Shown: piece by piece, positions 38,345 through 50,312 of the stretch
Numbering within the stretch: position 1 is the first letter of the stretch
Layout of the letters: each line of letters opens with the position of its first letter
Origin: Felis catus
Lineage: Eukaryota
Reading direction: 5' to 3'
DNA length: 60,000 bases
NCBI RefSeq assembly: GCF_018350175.1
Contig: NC_058369.1
Location: 13,642,001 to 13,702,000, forward strand
The notes under the pieces: generated by a model
Seen by the model: only the letters and a program-made list of their open reading frames with translations
The model's database searches: none
What the model was told of the DNA's origin: nothing
Translations under genes and position numbers: made by a program

Positions 38345-38751
38345 CCATTGGACACCAGTCTCATCCTGATTCTGGGGATCTGCTGGGGGCCCCTCCCCAT
38401 CTCTCATGCCCTCCATGGCTCTCTTGTGCTTCCAGGAGAAAGCCTGACTCCTCTGCTGGGCGTTTGAACCTCTGTTCTCTGGTTACTACCAATCCCAAGC
38501 TATCCCCTCTGCCTGGAAGCCCTCCTGCCCCCATTTATACCTGGAGAACTCCTATGCATCCCTCAAAACCCAAGGTCATCTTGGGACACGTTGTATGTGA
38601 AAGTCCTGGCTAGGGGTAAGGGGGGAGGGTGAAGTGCTGAGCCGGATATCCCAAAGTCCTTCCCCCACACCCTCTTTAACTTTCCTACCCCTTCCTTTCT
38701 GCACTGGCAGCTTGCCATCACGCATTCAGCAGTTTCTACAAGGAGTGTCTC

Positions 38752-38771
38752 AGACCTGCCCTGACATGTCC
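38752..38771. promoter_or_regulatory. Candidate p53 response element (2 mismatches)
   Basis: AGACCTGCCC TGACATGTCC, zero spacer, core C and G retained in both halves. Confidence 0.45.
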
Positions 38772-39239
38772 AGATCCCTGGAAAGGGGGAGGGGCAGGCT
38801 CAGGCTGCCCCACCACAACCACCCCCACCCCCACCCCCACCCCCCACACACACTGTGGTCCTGATGGGGAAGGTGGGGAGGCCAAGATAGACAGAGACTC
38901 TGAGAGACTGAAAAGCAGAAATGCAGAGACAGCAAGGGAGAGATTCAGAAACAGGCAGAGAAAATACGGGAAGTCCCTGGACATTTTCTCTTCCAAACTC
39001 CTGTGAGGACACTCAAGGGGCAGAGGAAGTCCCCCGAGCCAGCCAAGGAAAAGGATTTGAGGTGTTGGGTGACCTGGCTGGGTGCTGTGTGTCCCAGCCA
39101 GGCACAGGGTGCCCTGCTCTGGGCTTCGGTTTCCCCCGTGCTAACATTCACCCACCTTCATGTGGCAGGACTGTGTGTCTGTGCTCAGCCAGGGCCTGGC
39201 ACCGAGTGGGTGCCCCATTAATGCCCATCGTCGCTCCCG

Positions 39240-39720
39240 GAACCATGACAGGAGCCAGCGCACGTGCCAACCTGGGCGCTGGAGCGCGGGGAAGGGAGGG
39301 CAGGCTCGGGGTTCCCCGGGCCAAATGTTCCGGGCAGTGAGCACGTGGGGTCCCGAAGCCTGCTGCCTCAGCTGACCCACTTCCTGCCCAGCTCAGGCTG
39401 TCCATAGCGCCCCCCCCCTCGGCCAGGAACCCGCACAGCCGGTCCCAGGGGCTGAGCTAACCACTTCCGCCCCAGGCAGCTTGGCCGGGCTGACTCACGC
39501 TCAGCTGTCCTCACCACTCCTAACCCACGGAGGGAGAGTTAATGGGGGGCAAGGGGGAGGGGCTGGCAGAGGCCCAAACCCAGAATAAGAGAGGTCAGGC
39601 TGGAAGCATCACAGAGGAGAATCATTCACCAGTCAACTTCCTGACAAATGCAAACCTGACCTTGACAAGGGGGAAAAAAAAAAAAAAGGAATAAATGGAG
39701 GGTTTTGGGTACGTTAGAGT
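39240..39720. promoter_or_regulatory. Candidate enhancer or distal promoter
   Basis: Local CpG enrichment; CACGTG at 39261 and 39342, ETS CACTTCC at 39378 and 39462, AP-1 TGACTCA at 39491, AGGTCA at 39592, TGACCTTGA (ERR/NR5A site) at 39657. Confidence 0.5.
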
Positions 39721-42700
39721 CAATCACAATTTCGTGCTTTTGGACATGAAAAAAATCCATAAAGAAATGGAAAAGACAAGCCAGGGACTGAGAGAAGATA
39801 CCTGCCATGCATTTCACTGGCCAAGAATACCTTCCAGAACATATGAAGACACGCTGATGGGAGGGGAAAAAAAAGACATTTTTTAAATGTTTATTTAATT
39901 TGAAAGAGAGAGAGAGAGAGAGAGCAGGGAAAGGGCAGAGAGAAAGGGAGTGAGAATCCCAAGCGGGCTCCAGCACAGAGCCTGACGTGGGGCTCGAACT
40001 CACAAACTGTGAGATCATGACTCGAGCCAAAACCAAGAGTCAGATGCTTAACCGACTGAGCCACCCAGGTGCTCCCCAAACCACCAGATATTAAGATGGG
40101 CGGATGACATTCATTGCTTCATGGGGCGGCCGTAACAGTTACCACAAACTGGGTGGTTTAAAGCAGCAGAAATTTATTCTTTTATTGTCTGGAGGCCAGA
40201 AGACCCAACGCAAAATGTCAGCAGGAGGCCGTGAGGGAGAATTGGTCCCAGACCCCCTCTTCTGGCTTCTGCCAGCTTCCAGCACTCCCTGATGGCCCTT
40301 GGCTGGTGGCCACATCACTCGGATCTCTGCCTCTGTCTTTACGTGGCCTTCTTATAAGGCCATCAGTCGTGGGATTTAGGGACCATCCTACTCCAACGCG
40401 ACCTCATTTTAATGTAAATAATTACATCTGCAAAGACCCTAAAAGTCACAATCTGAGGTTCAGGTGGATGTGCATTTGGGGACACAATACTCAATGAAGT
40501 ACAGACATGAACGGGCAGTTCAGGGAAGGTGAACCAGGACAACCAAAGATAGAAGCCCAACCTTAGTTGGGAGCAAAAATCACTCGGAGACCTCTCCTCA
40601 CCCCTAGGGAGACTCGCAGGCAGGCTCTAGAGACAATGGGCAGAGGTCGCTGGGAGTGCACTGGTGATGGGCGTGGGAATCCGTCTGGCCACGTTAAAGA
40701 GTAATTTGGCTAGTGCAGTTGGGGATGGCTGGACCCTCCGACCTGGCCATTCTGCTGCTGGTGTGCATCCCAGAAAAACCCGAAACGCATGTCTTCCCAG
40801 CGGCCTGGCTTATCGTAACGAGGAGTGGGAGCCCAGAAAAACGCTGGGGTATAATACCGTGGAGCACTATAAGGACCAAAAAAGGATGAGCCAGACTTCC
40901 GAATCTCCTGAACATGGAGTGAAAATGAGCAGGTTGCAAAGGGGGATAAACAGTGTGATACCAATGTTAATAAAGGTTTGTTTTTTTTTATTTGCATTTT
41001 TGCATTGTGGTCAAATACAGAGAGCGTAAAATGTGCTATTTGAACCATTCCTAAGTGTACTGGTCAGTGGTCCATTTACAAGGTTGCATACGCACAACAC
41101 ACGACCTCTACTTAATTCCAAAACTTTTCCATCAGCGCCAGACAAAAACTCTGTAACAATAATTCCTCATGCCCGTCCCTCTTCCTTTAGCCCCTGGTAA
41201 TAACCTCTAATCTACTTTCGGTCTCTACGAACGCACATATTACAGATATTGCATGTGAGTGTAATCATATAATGCTTGTCTGTCTCTGTCTAACTTCTTT
41301 CACTCAGCATGTTTTCAAAGTTCATCCAAGTTGTATCATGGATCAGAACTCCATTCTTTTTTATGGCTGAGTAATATTCCATTGTGTAGCTATACCACAT
41401 TTTATTGATCCTTTCAGCCAGTGAAGGGTACTTGAGTTGCTTCCGCCTTTTGGCTATTGTGAATAGCGCTGCAGTGAACATCGGTGTGCAGGATTGGTTC
41501 CAATCCCTGCTTTCAATTCTTCTTAAGAAATTAATTCATCTTTGAGAGATGGAGAGAGCACGAGTGAGCGAGGGGCAGAGAGAGAGGAAGAGAGAGGGAG
41601 AGTGCAGAGCCCGGAGCAGGGCTCAAGCTCACCCAGTGTGGGGCTCAAACTCATGAACCGTGAGATTATGACCTGAGCCAAAGTCGGATGCTTAATGGAC
41701 TGAGCCACCCAGGTGTACCCCCCGCTTTCAATTCTTTTGGATATACACCCAGAAGTGGAATTGCTGGATCATATGGTAATTCTCTGTTTAGCCTTTTATT
41801 TATTTATTAAGTAGTCTCCATGCCCAAGATGGAGGGCAACTCACAACCCTGAGTTCAAGACCTGAGCTGAGATCAAGAGTCAGACACTTGGGGGCACCTG
41901 GATGGTTCAGTCAGTTGGTCAGCCAACTTTGGCTCAGGTCATGATCTCACAGTTTGTGAGTTTGAGCCCTGCATCAGGCTCGCTGCTGTCTAAGGAATCC
42001 ATTTTGAATTGTCTATCTCCCTCTGCCCCCCACCCCCACCTCTCAAAAAAAAAAAAATAACATTAAAAAAAAATAAGAGTCAGACACTGAATCAACTGAG
42101 CCACCCAGGTGCCCCTATGTTTAGCTTTTTGAAGAACCACCAAATTGTTTTCCACAGAAGTTGCACCATTTCGCATTCCCACCAGTGGCACAAGAGGGTT
42201 CCAACTTCTCTACACCCACCCATTATTCTGATATTAGCCACGCTACTGAGTGGGAAATTGTATCTCACTGTATTTTCATTTGCATTTTCCTAGTGACCGT
42301 TGATGTTGAGCATCTTTTTAGGCATTTATTGTCCATTTGTATATCTTTCTTGGAGGAATATCTATTCATGTCCTTTGCCCACTTTTAAATTAGATTGTCT
42401 TTTTGTTAGTGAGTTGTAGGAGTTCTTGGTATGTTTTGGATATTAAACCCTCATGAGATATAATTTGCAAATATTTTCTACCTCTCTCATGGATTCCTTG
42501 GGATTTTCTATTTATAAGGGTCACGTCATTGGTGAATAGAAGTACTTTTATCTCTTCCTTTAAAATTTAGATGCCTTTTATTTATTTTTCTTGTCTAATT
42601 GCTCTGGTTAGAACTTTCAGCATGACATTGAGTAGCAATGGTGAAGGTAGACTTTCTTGTCTTGTTCCTTGTCTTAGGGGGAAAGTTTTCGCCTCTCACC

Positions 42701-43057
42701 ATTGAGAAGGAAGTTAGCTATGGGTTTTTCATAAATGTCCTTTATGATGTCCATGAAGTTCTATCCCTAGTTTTCTGAGGGTTTTTATCACAAAAAGGTA
42801 CTAGATTTTGCCAAATGCCTTTTGGCATTAAGATGGTCATGTGGGGGCGCCTGGGTGGCTTTGTCGTTTAAGCATCTGACTTTGGCTCAGGTCATGATCT
42901 CACAGATTGTGAGTCTAAGCCCCGCATCAGGCTCTGTGCTGACAGCTCAGAGCCTGGAACCTGCTTCAGATTCTGTGTCTCCCTCTCTCTCTCTCTCTGC
43001 CCCTCTGCCACTCAATCTCTGTCTCTCTCTCTCTCCTTCAAAAATAAACAAACATTA

Positions 43058-43545
43058 TGTCCACCAACTGATGAATGGATAAAGAAGATGTGGTTTATAT
43101 ATACAATGGAATACTACTTGGCAATGAGAAAGAATAAAATCTTTCCTTTTGCAGCAACATGGATGGAACTGGAAGGTATTACGCTAAGTGAAATAAGTCA
43201 GTCAGAGAAAGATAGAGATCATATGTTTTCACTCATATGTGGAACTTGAGAAACTTAACAGAAGACCATGGGGGAAGGGGATGGGGAAAAAATAGTTACA
43301 AGCAAAGAGGGAAGGAGGCAAACCATAAGAGACTCTTAAATACAGAGAACAAACTGAGTGTGGGGGGAGGGTAAAACGAGTCATGAGCATTGAGGAGGGC
43401 ACTTGTTGGGATGAGCACTGGGTGTTATATGTAAGCGATGAACCACAGGAATCTACCCCCAAAACCAAGAGCACATTGTACACACTGTATGTTAGCCAAT
43501 TTGACAATAAATTATACTTAAAAAAAAGCAAAAATAAGCACTAAA
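43058..43545 (+). mobile_element. 5'-truncated carnivore L1 3' end inserted in a SINE tail
   Basis: gatgaatggataaagaagatgtgg...gagggcacttgttgggatgagcactggg...caataaa + A-tail. Confidence 0.8.
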
Positions 43546-43989
43546 AATTTTTTTAAAAGATGATTGTGTGATTTTTTCTGTTGTTCCATTAATATGATGT
43601 ATTATGTTGATTGATTTTGTTATGTTGAACCATCCTTGCATTCTTGAGATCAATCCTACTTGGTTATGGTGTGTAATCCTTTCAATATGCTTTTTTTTTT
43701 TTTTTTTTTTTTGAGAAAGAGAGAGAGAGTACCCACATGTAAGTTGGGGAGGAGCAGAGCGGATGGAGAGGGAGAGAATCTCAAGGAGGCTCCGTGCCCA
43801 GCCTGGAGCTCAACGCAGGGCTCAATCTCATGACCGTGAGATCATGACCAGAGCTGAAATCAAGAGGCAGATGCTTAACCGACTAAGCCACCCAGGCATT
43901 CCTTAATATCCTTTTGGATTTAGTTTGCTAGCTTTTGGGTTAGGAATTTTACAACTATATTCTTAAGGGATATTGATCTGTGTTTAAGG

Positions 43990-44830
43990 AAATACTTCAG
44001 TCCTCCTTCTTTGTTTCTCTTTCACTCTCACACAACTACCACCATACTCACACAATTTCTGCAACGCCACAATAAGCAATTTTCAGCCGGGTATCTGACA
44101 ATTTAACTCAGTTCTGACACTATCTACCTGCAGATAGTGTCAGATCCTTCCAGTTAAGGGTTTGGCCCTATAAGACTGCCCAATACTTCAGATGCCCATA
44201 GCAAGTCCAAGTTCATAGACGGGCTACAAATCAGAGGTTCCCATGACCCACACAACTCAGGACAACAGTTTACTTACTGTTTACCTGTTTATTATAAAAG
44301 GATATGATAAGGATACAGGTGAACATTCAGATGGACGAGATCTGTAGGGTAAGTATGTGGGAAGAGGCAAGGAGTTTCCATGCCTTCTCTGGGTACACCA
44401 CTTTCCCAACATTTCCACATGTTCACCAACCCGGAAGCTCTCTGAACCCCGTACTTTTGGGATTTTTATGGAGGCTTCATCACGTAGGCATGATAAATCA
44501 TTAACTCCATTTACAGCCCCTCTCCCCTTTCTGAAGAATAGGGGGTGTGGCTGAAAATTCCAAACTTCTAATCATGGCTTGGCCTTTCTGGTGACCAGTC
44601 CCCATCCAAGAGCCCACCCAGAGTTGCCTCATTACAACAAAAGACACTCCTATCGCCCAGGAAATTCCAAGGGTTTTAGGAGCCCTGTGCCAGGAATTAG
44701 GGTCAAAGACCAAATATTATAACAAAAGATGCTCCTCGTGTTTTTATCACTTAGGAAATTACAAAGGCTTCAGGGGCTCTATGCCAGGAACCAGGGCAGA
44801 GACCAATACGTATCTTTTCTATTCCCTCGC
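43990..44830 (-). mobile_element. MER21-like LTR (opposite-strand copy at ~56310-57090)
   Basis: ttctgacactatctacctg, cttcagatgcc and ggaggcttcatcacgtaggcatg motifs; their reverse complements occur at 56.3-57.1 kb. Confidence 0.6.
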
Positions 44831-47800
44831 AGTCTGTAATTTTTTCTTATAACGTATTTATCAGTCTTTATTATCAGGGTAATGCTGGTTTCATTGTAAG
44901 TGTTGCTTCCTCTTCCATTTTTTGGAAGAGTTAGATAAGAATTGGTGTTATGGTTGAACCTTGAACAACATGGATTTGAACTGCACAGGTGTATACATGC
45001 ATTTTTTTTTTTTTTGATAAATACAGTGTGGGACTGTAAATGTATTTTCTCCTCCTTATGATTTTCTTAATGCATTTTTCTCTAGTTTACTTAATTGTAA
45101 GAATACAGTATTTAATACATATACAAAATATAAAATAATACATATAACGAACAAAAGAGTTTTAGTCGACTGCTTATGTTATAGGTAAAGCTTCTGGGCA
45201 ATAGTAGGCTACTAGTGGTTGCATTTGTGGGGACTCAAAAGTTACACCTGGGGGCGCCTGGGTAGCTCAGTTGGTTAAACGGCTGACTCTTAGTTTCGGC
45301 TCAGGTCCTGATCTTGCCTTCTGGGAGTTCCAGCCCCTCATCGGGCTCCGTGCTGACAGTGCAGAACCTGCTTGGGAGTCTCTCTCTCTCTCCCTTTCTC
45401 TGTCCCTCCGCCACTCACTCTCTCTGTCTTTCTCGAAATGAATAAACTTAAAAGAATTTTTAAAATTTAAAAAATTTCAAAACAAGTTATATGCTGAATT
45501 TTGACTCCATGGGGGGGGGTCAATGCCCCTAACCCCCATGTGGATCAAGGGTAACTATTTAATGAATGATTGGTAGAATTCACCAGGGAAGCCCTCTAGT
45601 CCTGCACCTTTCTTCGTTGGAAATTTTTTGACTACTGATTCTATCTCTTTATTTATAGGTCTGTTGGGATTTTCCATTTCTTAAGTCAGTTTAGGTAATT
45701 TGTGTGTTTTGAGGAATTTGTCTGTTTCATCTAGGTTATCTAATTTGTTGGCATATTTTTTATAGCGTTCTCTTATCTTTTTTATTTCTTTTTTTAAAGC
45801 TTATTTATTTTGAGAGACAGAGAGAGTACAAGTAGGGGAGGGGCACAGAGAGAGGGAGAGAGAGACTATCCCAAGCAGGCTCCCCATTGTCAGTGCAGAG
45901 CCTGGTGCAGGGCTTGAACTCATGAACCATGAGATCATGACCTGAGCCGAAGTCTGACACTTAACCAACTGAGCCACCCAGGTGCCCCTCTTTTTTATTT
46001 CTATGAGTCAGTGGTAATGTCCCCACTTTTGTTTCTGATTTTAATGATTTGCATCTTCTCTCTTTTTCCTTTGTCAATCTAGCTAAAAATGTGTTGATTT
46101 TGTTGATATTTTCAAAGATGCAACTTTCGGTTTCATTGATTCCCAGTGATGCTATTTTCTCTATTCACTCTTTATCTTTGCTGTAATCTTCCTTCCTTCC
46201 TCACAGTAGCTTTGATTTAAATTTACTCTTCTTCTACTTCCTCAAAGTGTAAAGTTAGGTTATTCATTTGAGATCTTTTTTTCTTTTTCAATGTAGGCAT
46301 TTTCTTTTTCAATGTAGGCTGTCAGTTTCACATGTGCCCTGCCTTTGCTGCATCCCATGACTTTTAGTATGCTTTGTTTTGTTTCCAGATATTTTCCAAC
46401 TTCCTTTGTGATTTCTTCTGTGACCCACAGTTTCTTTAAAATTGTATTGCTTAATATCGATATATTTGCAAACATTCCAGTGTTCCTATTATTAATTTCT
46501 AGCTCCATTCCGTTGTAGTTGAAGAAGACACTTTGTAGGACTTCGATTTTTAAAATCTTTTAAGACTTTCTCCCCTAGCATCCGGCCTATATGGGAAGAT
46601 ATTGCATGTACATTTGATAGGAATGTGTAACTCTGCTGTTCTTTCATGGAATTTTCTCTGGATGTCTCTTCAGTCTAGCTGGTTTACAGTGTTGTTTAAC
46701 CCTCTATGTCCTTAATCTTCTGTCTAGATGTTCTAGATGTTATTAAAAGTGGAGTATTGAAGTCTCCCATCGCTTTTGTAGAACGACTTGTTTTTCCTTT
46801 GGATTCTGTCGATGTTTGCTTCTCATAATTTGGAGCTCTGTTGTTTGATGTATATATGTTTAGATATGGCTTTGAATTACCGTCTAGTGTCCTTTTATTT
46901 CAACTTTAGCATTTTTTAAAATGCTTGTTTATTTTTGAGAGAGACAGAGAGAGCGTGCGCGTGTGCGAGTGGGCGAGGGCAGAGGGGGGTGACAGAGGAT
47001 CCGAAGCAGGCTCTGTGCTGACAGCAGAGAGCCCGACGCAGGGCTCTAACTCACGAACCACAGGATCATACCCTGAGCCGAAGACAGATGCTTAATCACC
47101 CAGGTGCCCTGTTGGCTACAGAATTCTTGGTCAGGCTGTCAATCTTACTGAGGATGTACTGAGCATGTACATGATGAGTAGCTTTTTCTTGGTTCTTTCA
47201 GATTTTGCTCTCTCTCTTTGGCTTGCAACAGTTTCATTACAAAGTGTCAATGTGGGCTTCTTAGATGTGTAGATTGGTATCAGCCATCAAATCTGGGAAG
47301 TTTTTGGCCATCATTTCTTCAGGCATTCTTTCTGCCCTTTACTCTCTCTCTACACACACACTCTCCCCCTTCTGGGCCTCCTATAATGCTTATGTTGAGT
47401 CTCTTGATGGTGTCCCACAGAGCCTTTAAACCGTTCACTCTTTGTTCTCTTTTCTTTCTGCCCTGCAGACTAAATAAATTCAATCATCCTATCTTCAGGT
47501 CTGTTGATTCTTTCTTCTGCTTGTTCAAATCTTCTGTTAAGACCTCTAGTGAATTTTGCATTTCGGTTATTGTCCTTTTCAGATCCAGAGCTTCTGTTGG
47601 GTTTCTTTTCATAATGTCTATCTCTTTATTGATGATCTTAGTTTGTTCATACTCTATTTCCCTGACTTCCTTTACTTCTCTTTCCATGTTTCCCTTAGGT
47701 CTTTGAGCATGTTTAAGATAGTTGTTTTATAGTTATTGTCTAGTAAGTCAGATGTCTGGGCTTCCTTAGAGGTGACTTCATTCCTGTCAATTTATTCTGT

Positions 47801-48466
47801 CCCTTTGAGGGCCACCTTGCTGGCTCAGACAGTGGAGCATGTGACTCTTGGCCTTGGGGTTGTGAGTTCGATCCCCACAGTGGGTGTAGAGATTACTTAA
47901 AAATAAAATTTAAAGGGGCACCTGGGCAGCTCAATTGCTTAAGCGTCTGAGTCTTGGTTTTGGCTCAAGTCATGATCTCATGGTTCGTGAGTTTGGTTTG
48001 AGCCCCGCGTCGGGCTCTGTGCTGACAGCTCAGAGCCTGGAGCCTGCTTTGGTTTCTGTGTCTCTGTCTTTCTCTTCCCCTCCCCTGCTCATGCTCTGTC
48101 TCTTTCTCTGTCTCTCAAAAAATAAAATAAAATGTTAAAAAAATTTTAAACATGAAATAAGATAAAATTTTGAAAATTAATTTATTTTTCTCCTTTGAGT
48201 AGGCCATAGTTTTATGTTTCCTTTTATGCCTTGTGATCTTTTTGTTGAAAACTAGGCATTTGAACATTATAATGTGGTAACTGTAGAAACCAGATTCTCC
48301 TCTTCCTGAGGGCTTGCTGTTTTTGTTTTTGTCTTTAAATTGTTGAAGGTTGTCTTGTTTCATTTGTTTAGGCACTTTTCCAAACTATATTAAGCAAGGA
48401 CTGTATTCTTTGTTGTGTGTAGTCCTGAGTTCTCTGTTCGTTTAGCTCAAGCTCAGTTAATATCTT

Positions 48467-49109
48467 TTTTCTTTTAACTTGTTTTATTTTTTATTTTTTT
48501 AAATTTACATCCAAATTAGTTAGCATCTAGTGCAACAATGATTTCAGGAGTAGATTCCTTAATGTCCCTTACCCATTTAGCCCATCCCCCCTCCCACAAC
48601 CCCTCCAGTAACTCTCAGTTTGTTCTCCCTATTTAAGAGTCTCTTCTGTTTTGTCCCCCTCCTTGTTTTTATATTATTTTTGTGTCCCTTCCCTTATGTT
48701 CATCTGTTTTGTCTCTTAAAGTCCTTGTATGAGTGAAGTCGTATGATTTTTGTCTTTCTCTGACTAATTTCACTCAGCATAATACCCTCCAGTTCCATCC
48801 ACATAGTTGCAAATGGCAAGATTTCATTCTTTTTGATTGCCGAGTAATATTCCATTGTATATATATACCGCATCTTCTTTATTCATTCATCCATCGATGG
48901 ACAGTTGGGCTCCTTCCATACTTTGGCTATTGTTGCTAGTGCTGCTATAAACATGGGGGTGCACGTGTCCCTTCGAAACGGCATACCTGTATCCCTTGGA
49001 TAAATGCCCGGTAGTGCCATTGCTGGGTCATAGGGTAGTTCCATTTTTAGTTTTTTGAGGAACCTCCATACTGTTTTCCAGAGTGGCTGCACCAGCTTAC
49101 ATTCCCAAG
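48467..49109 (-). mobile_element. Younger 5'-truncated carnivore/felid L1
   Basis: ORF2 C-terminus WECKLVQPLWKTVWRFLKKLKMELPYDPA...CTPMFIAAL; perfect 16-bp TSD GCTCAGTTAATATCTT at 48451-48466 and 49110-49125. Confidence 0.9.
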
Positions 49110-50281
49110 GCTCAGTTAATATCTTGACAGAGATTTCTTCTAATGCCAGGAGATAAAAACAACAACAACAACAAAAACAAACCCCAAACCAACCAAACAA
49201 CAAACCAAACAACAAAAGAATCCACCTCTCCTAGTATTTTCAGATTGGTTCTGTGCTAGGGCATTGCTTCAACATTAAGCTGGGTTTGTACTGAGTCTGG
49301 GGATCAGCCTGAGATGAAACCTTAGGGTCTCCTCAGGTCTTTTCTGAGCATGAGACTAGCCCTGGACCATACATATAGTTTTCCAAATTCCCTCCATATA
49401 AAAGGAGGCTCTGAATGTCCTAATTCCCCAAAGAATCTCCCCCAACTTTTCCTCCTGGGGTTTAGATGATTGATAAATACGTTTCGACCACAATCTTTTA
49501 CCCTAGGTGCTTGAAGTTTGTTAGTTCATCTTGCAGTGTTTTTGAGCAACGCCTGCCACTTTTCTGGCCTGAGCTCTGAGTTAGGCAATTCAGAGATGAG
49601 CATTTTGTGTGAGTCCTTCAAGAAGCCCTGTGTAGGTTAGAACAGACCTACAAAGTAATTTGTGAACGAGATCTGCTCTGCCTCCTCCAGAATTAGAGAC
49701 CATGGTCCAGCACTGGTAACACAGGTTGTCTCTGTTAAACCATCACTGCTGAGCTGAGGAGGGGATGGGGCAAGGGCAAGTAAAAATACCATCAAGCTTT
49801 CCTACCATTTTCGAATTGCCCTTTAATTCTTTTCTTCAACATTTGCTTAGTTGCTGCAAACCTTTGATGGTTTTCCAGAGTTCTGACAAAATCAACTCTG
49901 ATAGTTTCTGTTTGTTTGATGTTCTTGTGGGGTTGGGAGAGGTTGGAGTTGTCCATTCCACCATTTTGCTGGTAGTTTTTTTTTTTTTAAGATTTTATTT
50001 TATTGGGGCACCTGGGTGGCTCAGTCAGTTGAGTGCTGGACTTGGCCTCAGGTCATGATCTCACGTTCGTGGGTTTGAGCCCCGCATCGGGCTCTGTGCT
50101 GACAGCTCGGAACCTGGAACCTGCTTTGAATTCTGTGTCTCCCTCTCTCTCTGTACCTCCCCTGCTCACGCCCTATCTCTCTCTGTCTCTCAAAAAGAAA
50201 AAAACTAAAAAAAGAGAAAAAAGATTTTATTTATTGTTTTATTTTAGAGAGAGAGCGAGAGCATGAGTGAGGGAAAGGGAC

Positions 50282-50312
<31 letters not shown>

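Larger units (their letters stand above)
40980..49970 (-). mobile_element. Degenerate old L1 (3'UTR, ORF2 and ORF1 remnants) with many nested insertions
   Basis: ORF2-like MELEINNRNTG...WVTEEITKEVGKYLE (46260-46508) and ORF1-like KEIDIMKRNPTEALDLKRTITEMQNSLE (47484-47687); AT-rich; interrupted by SINEs, LTR, Tigger and younger L1s. Confidence 0.8.

Noticed and set aside
39405..39425. CTCF-like tagcgccccc...ggcca
   Set aside because: Spacing is 2 nt off the consensus and the core is replaced by a C run
46260..49215. L1 ORF1/ORF2-like peptides
   Set aside because: Fragmented, frameshifted retrotransposon remnants, not an active element or host gene
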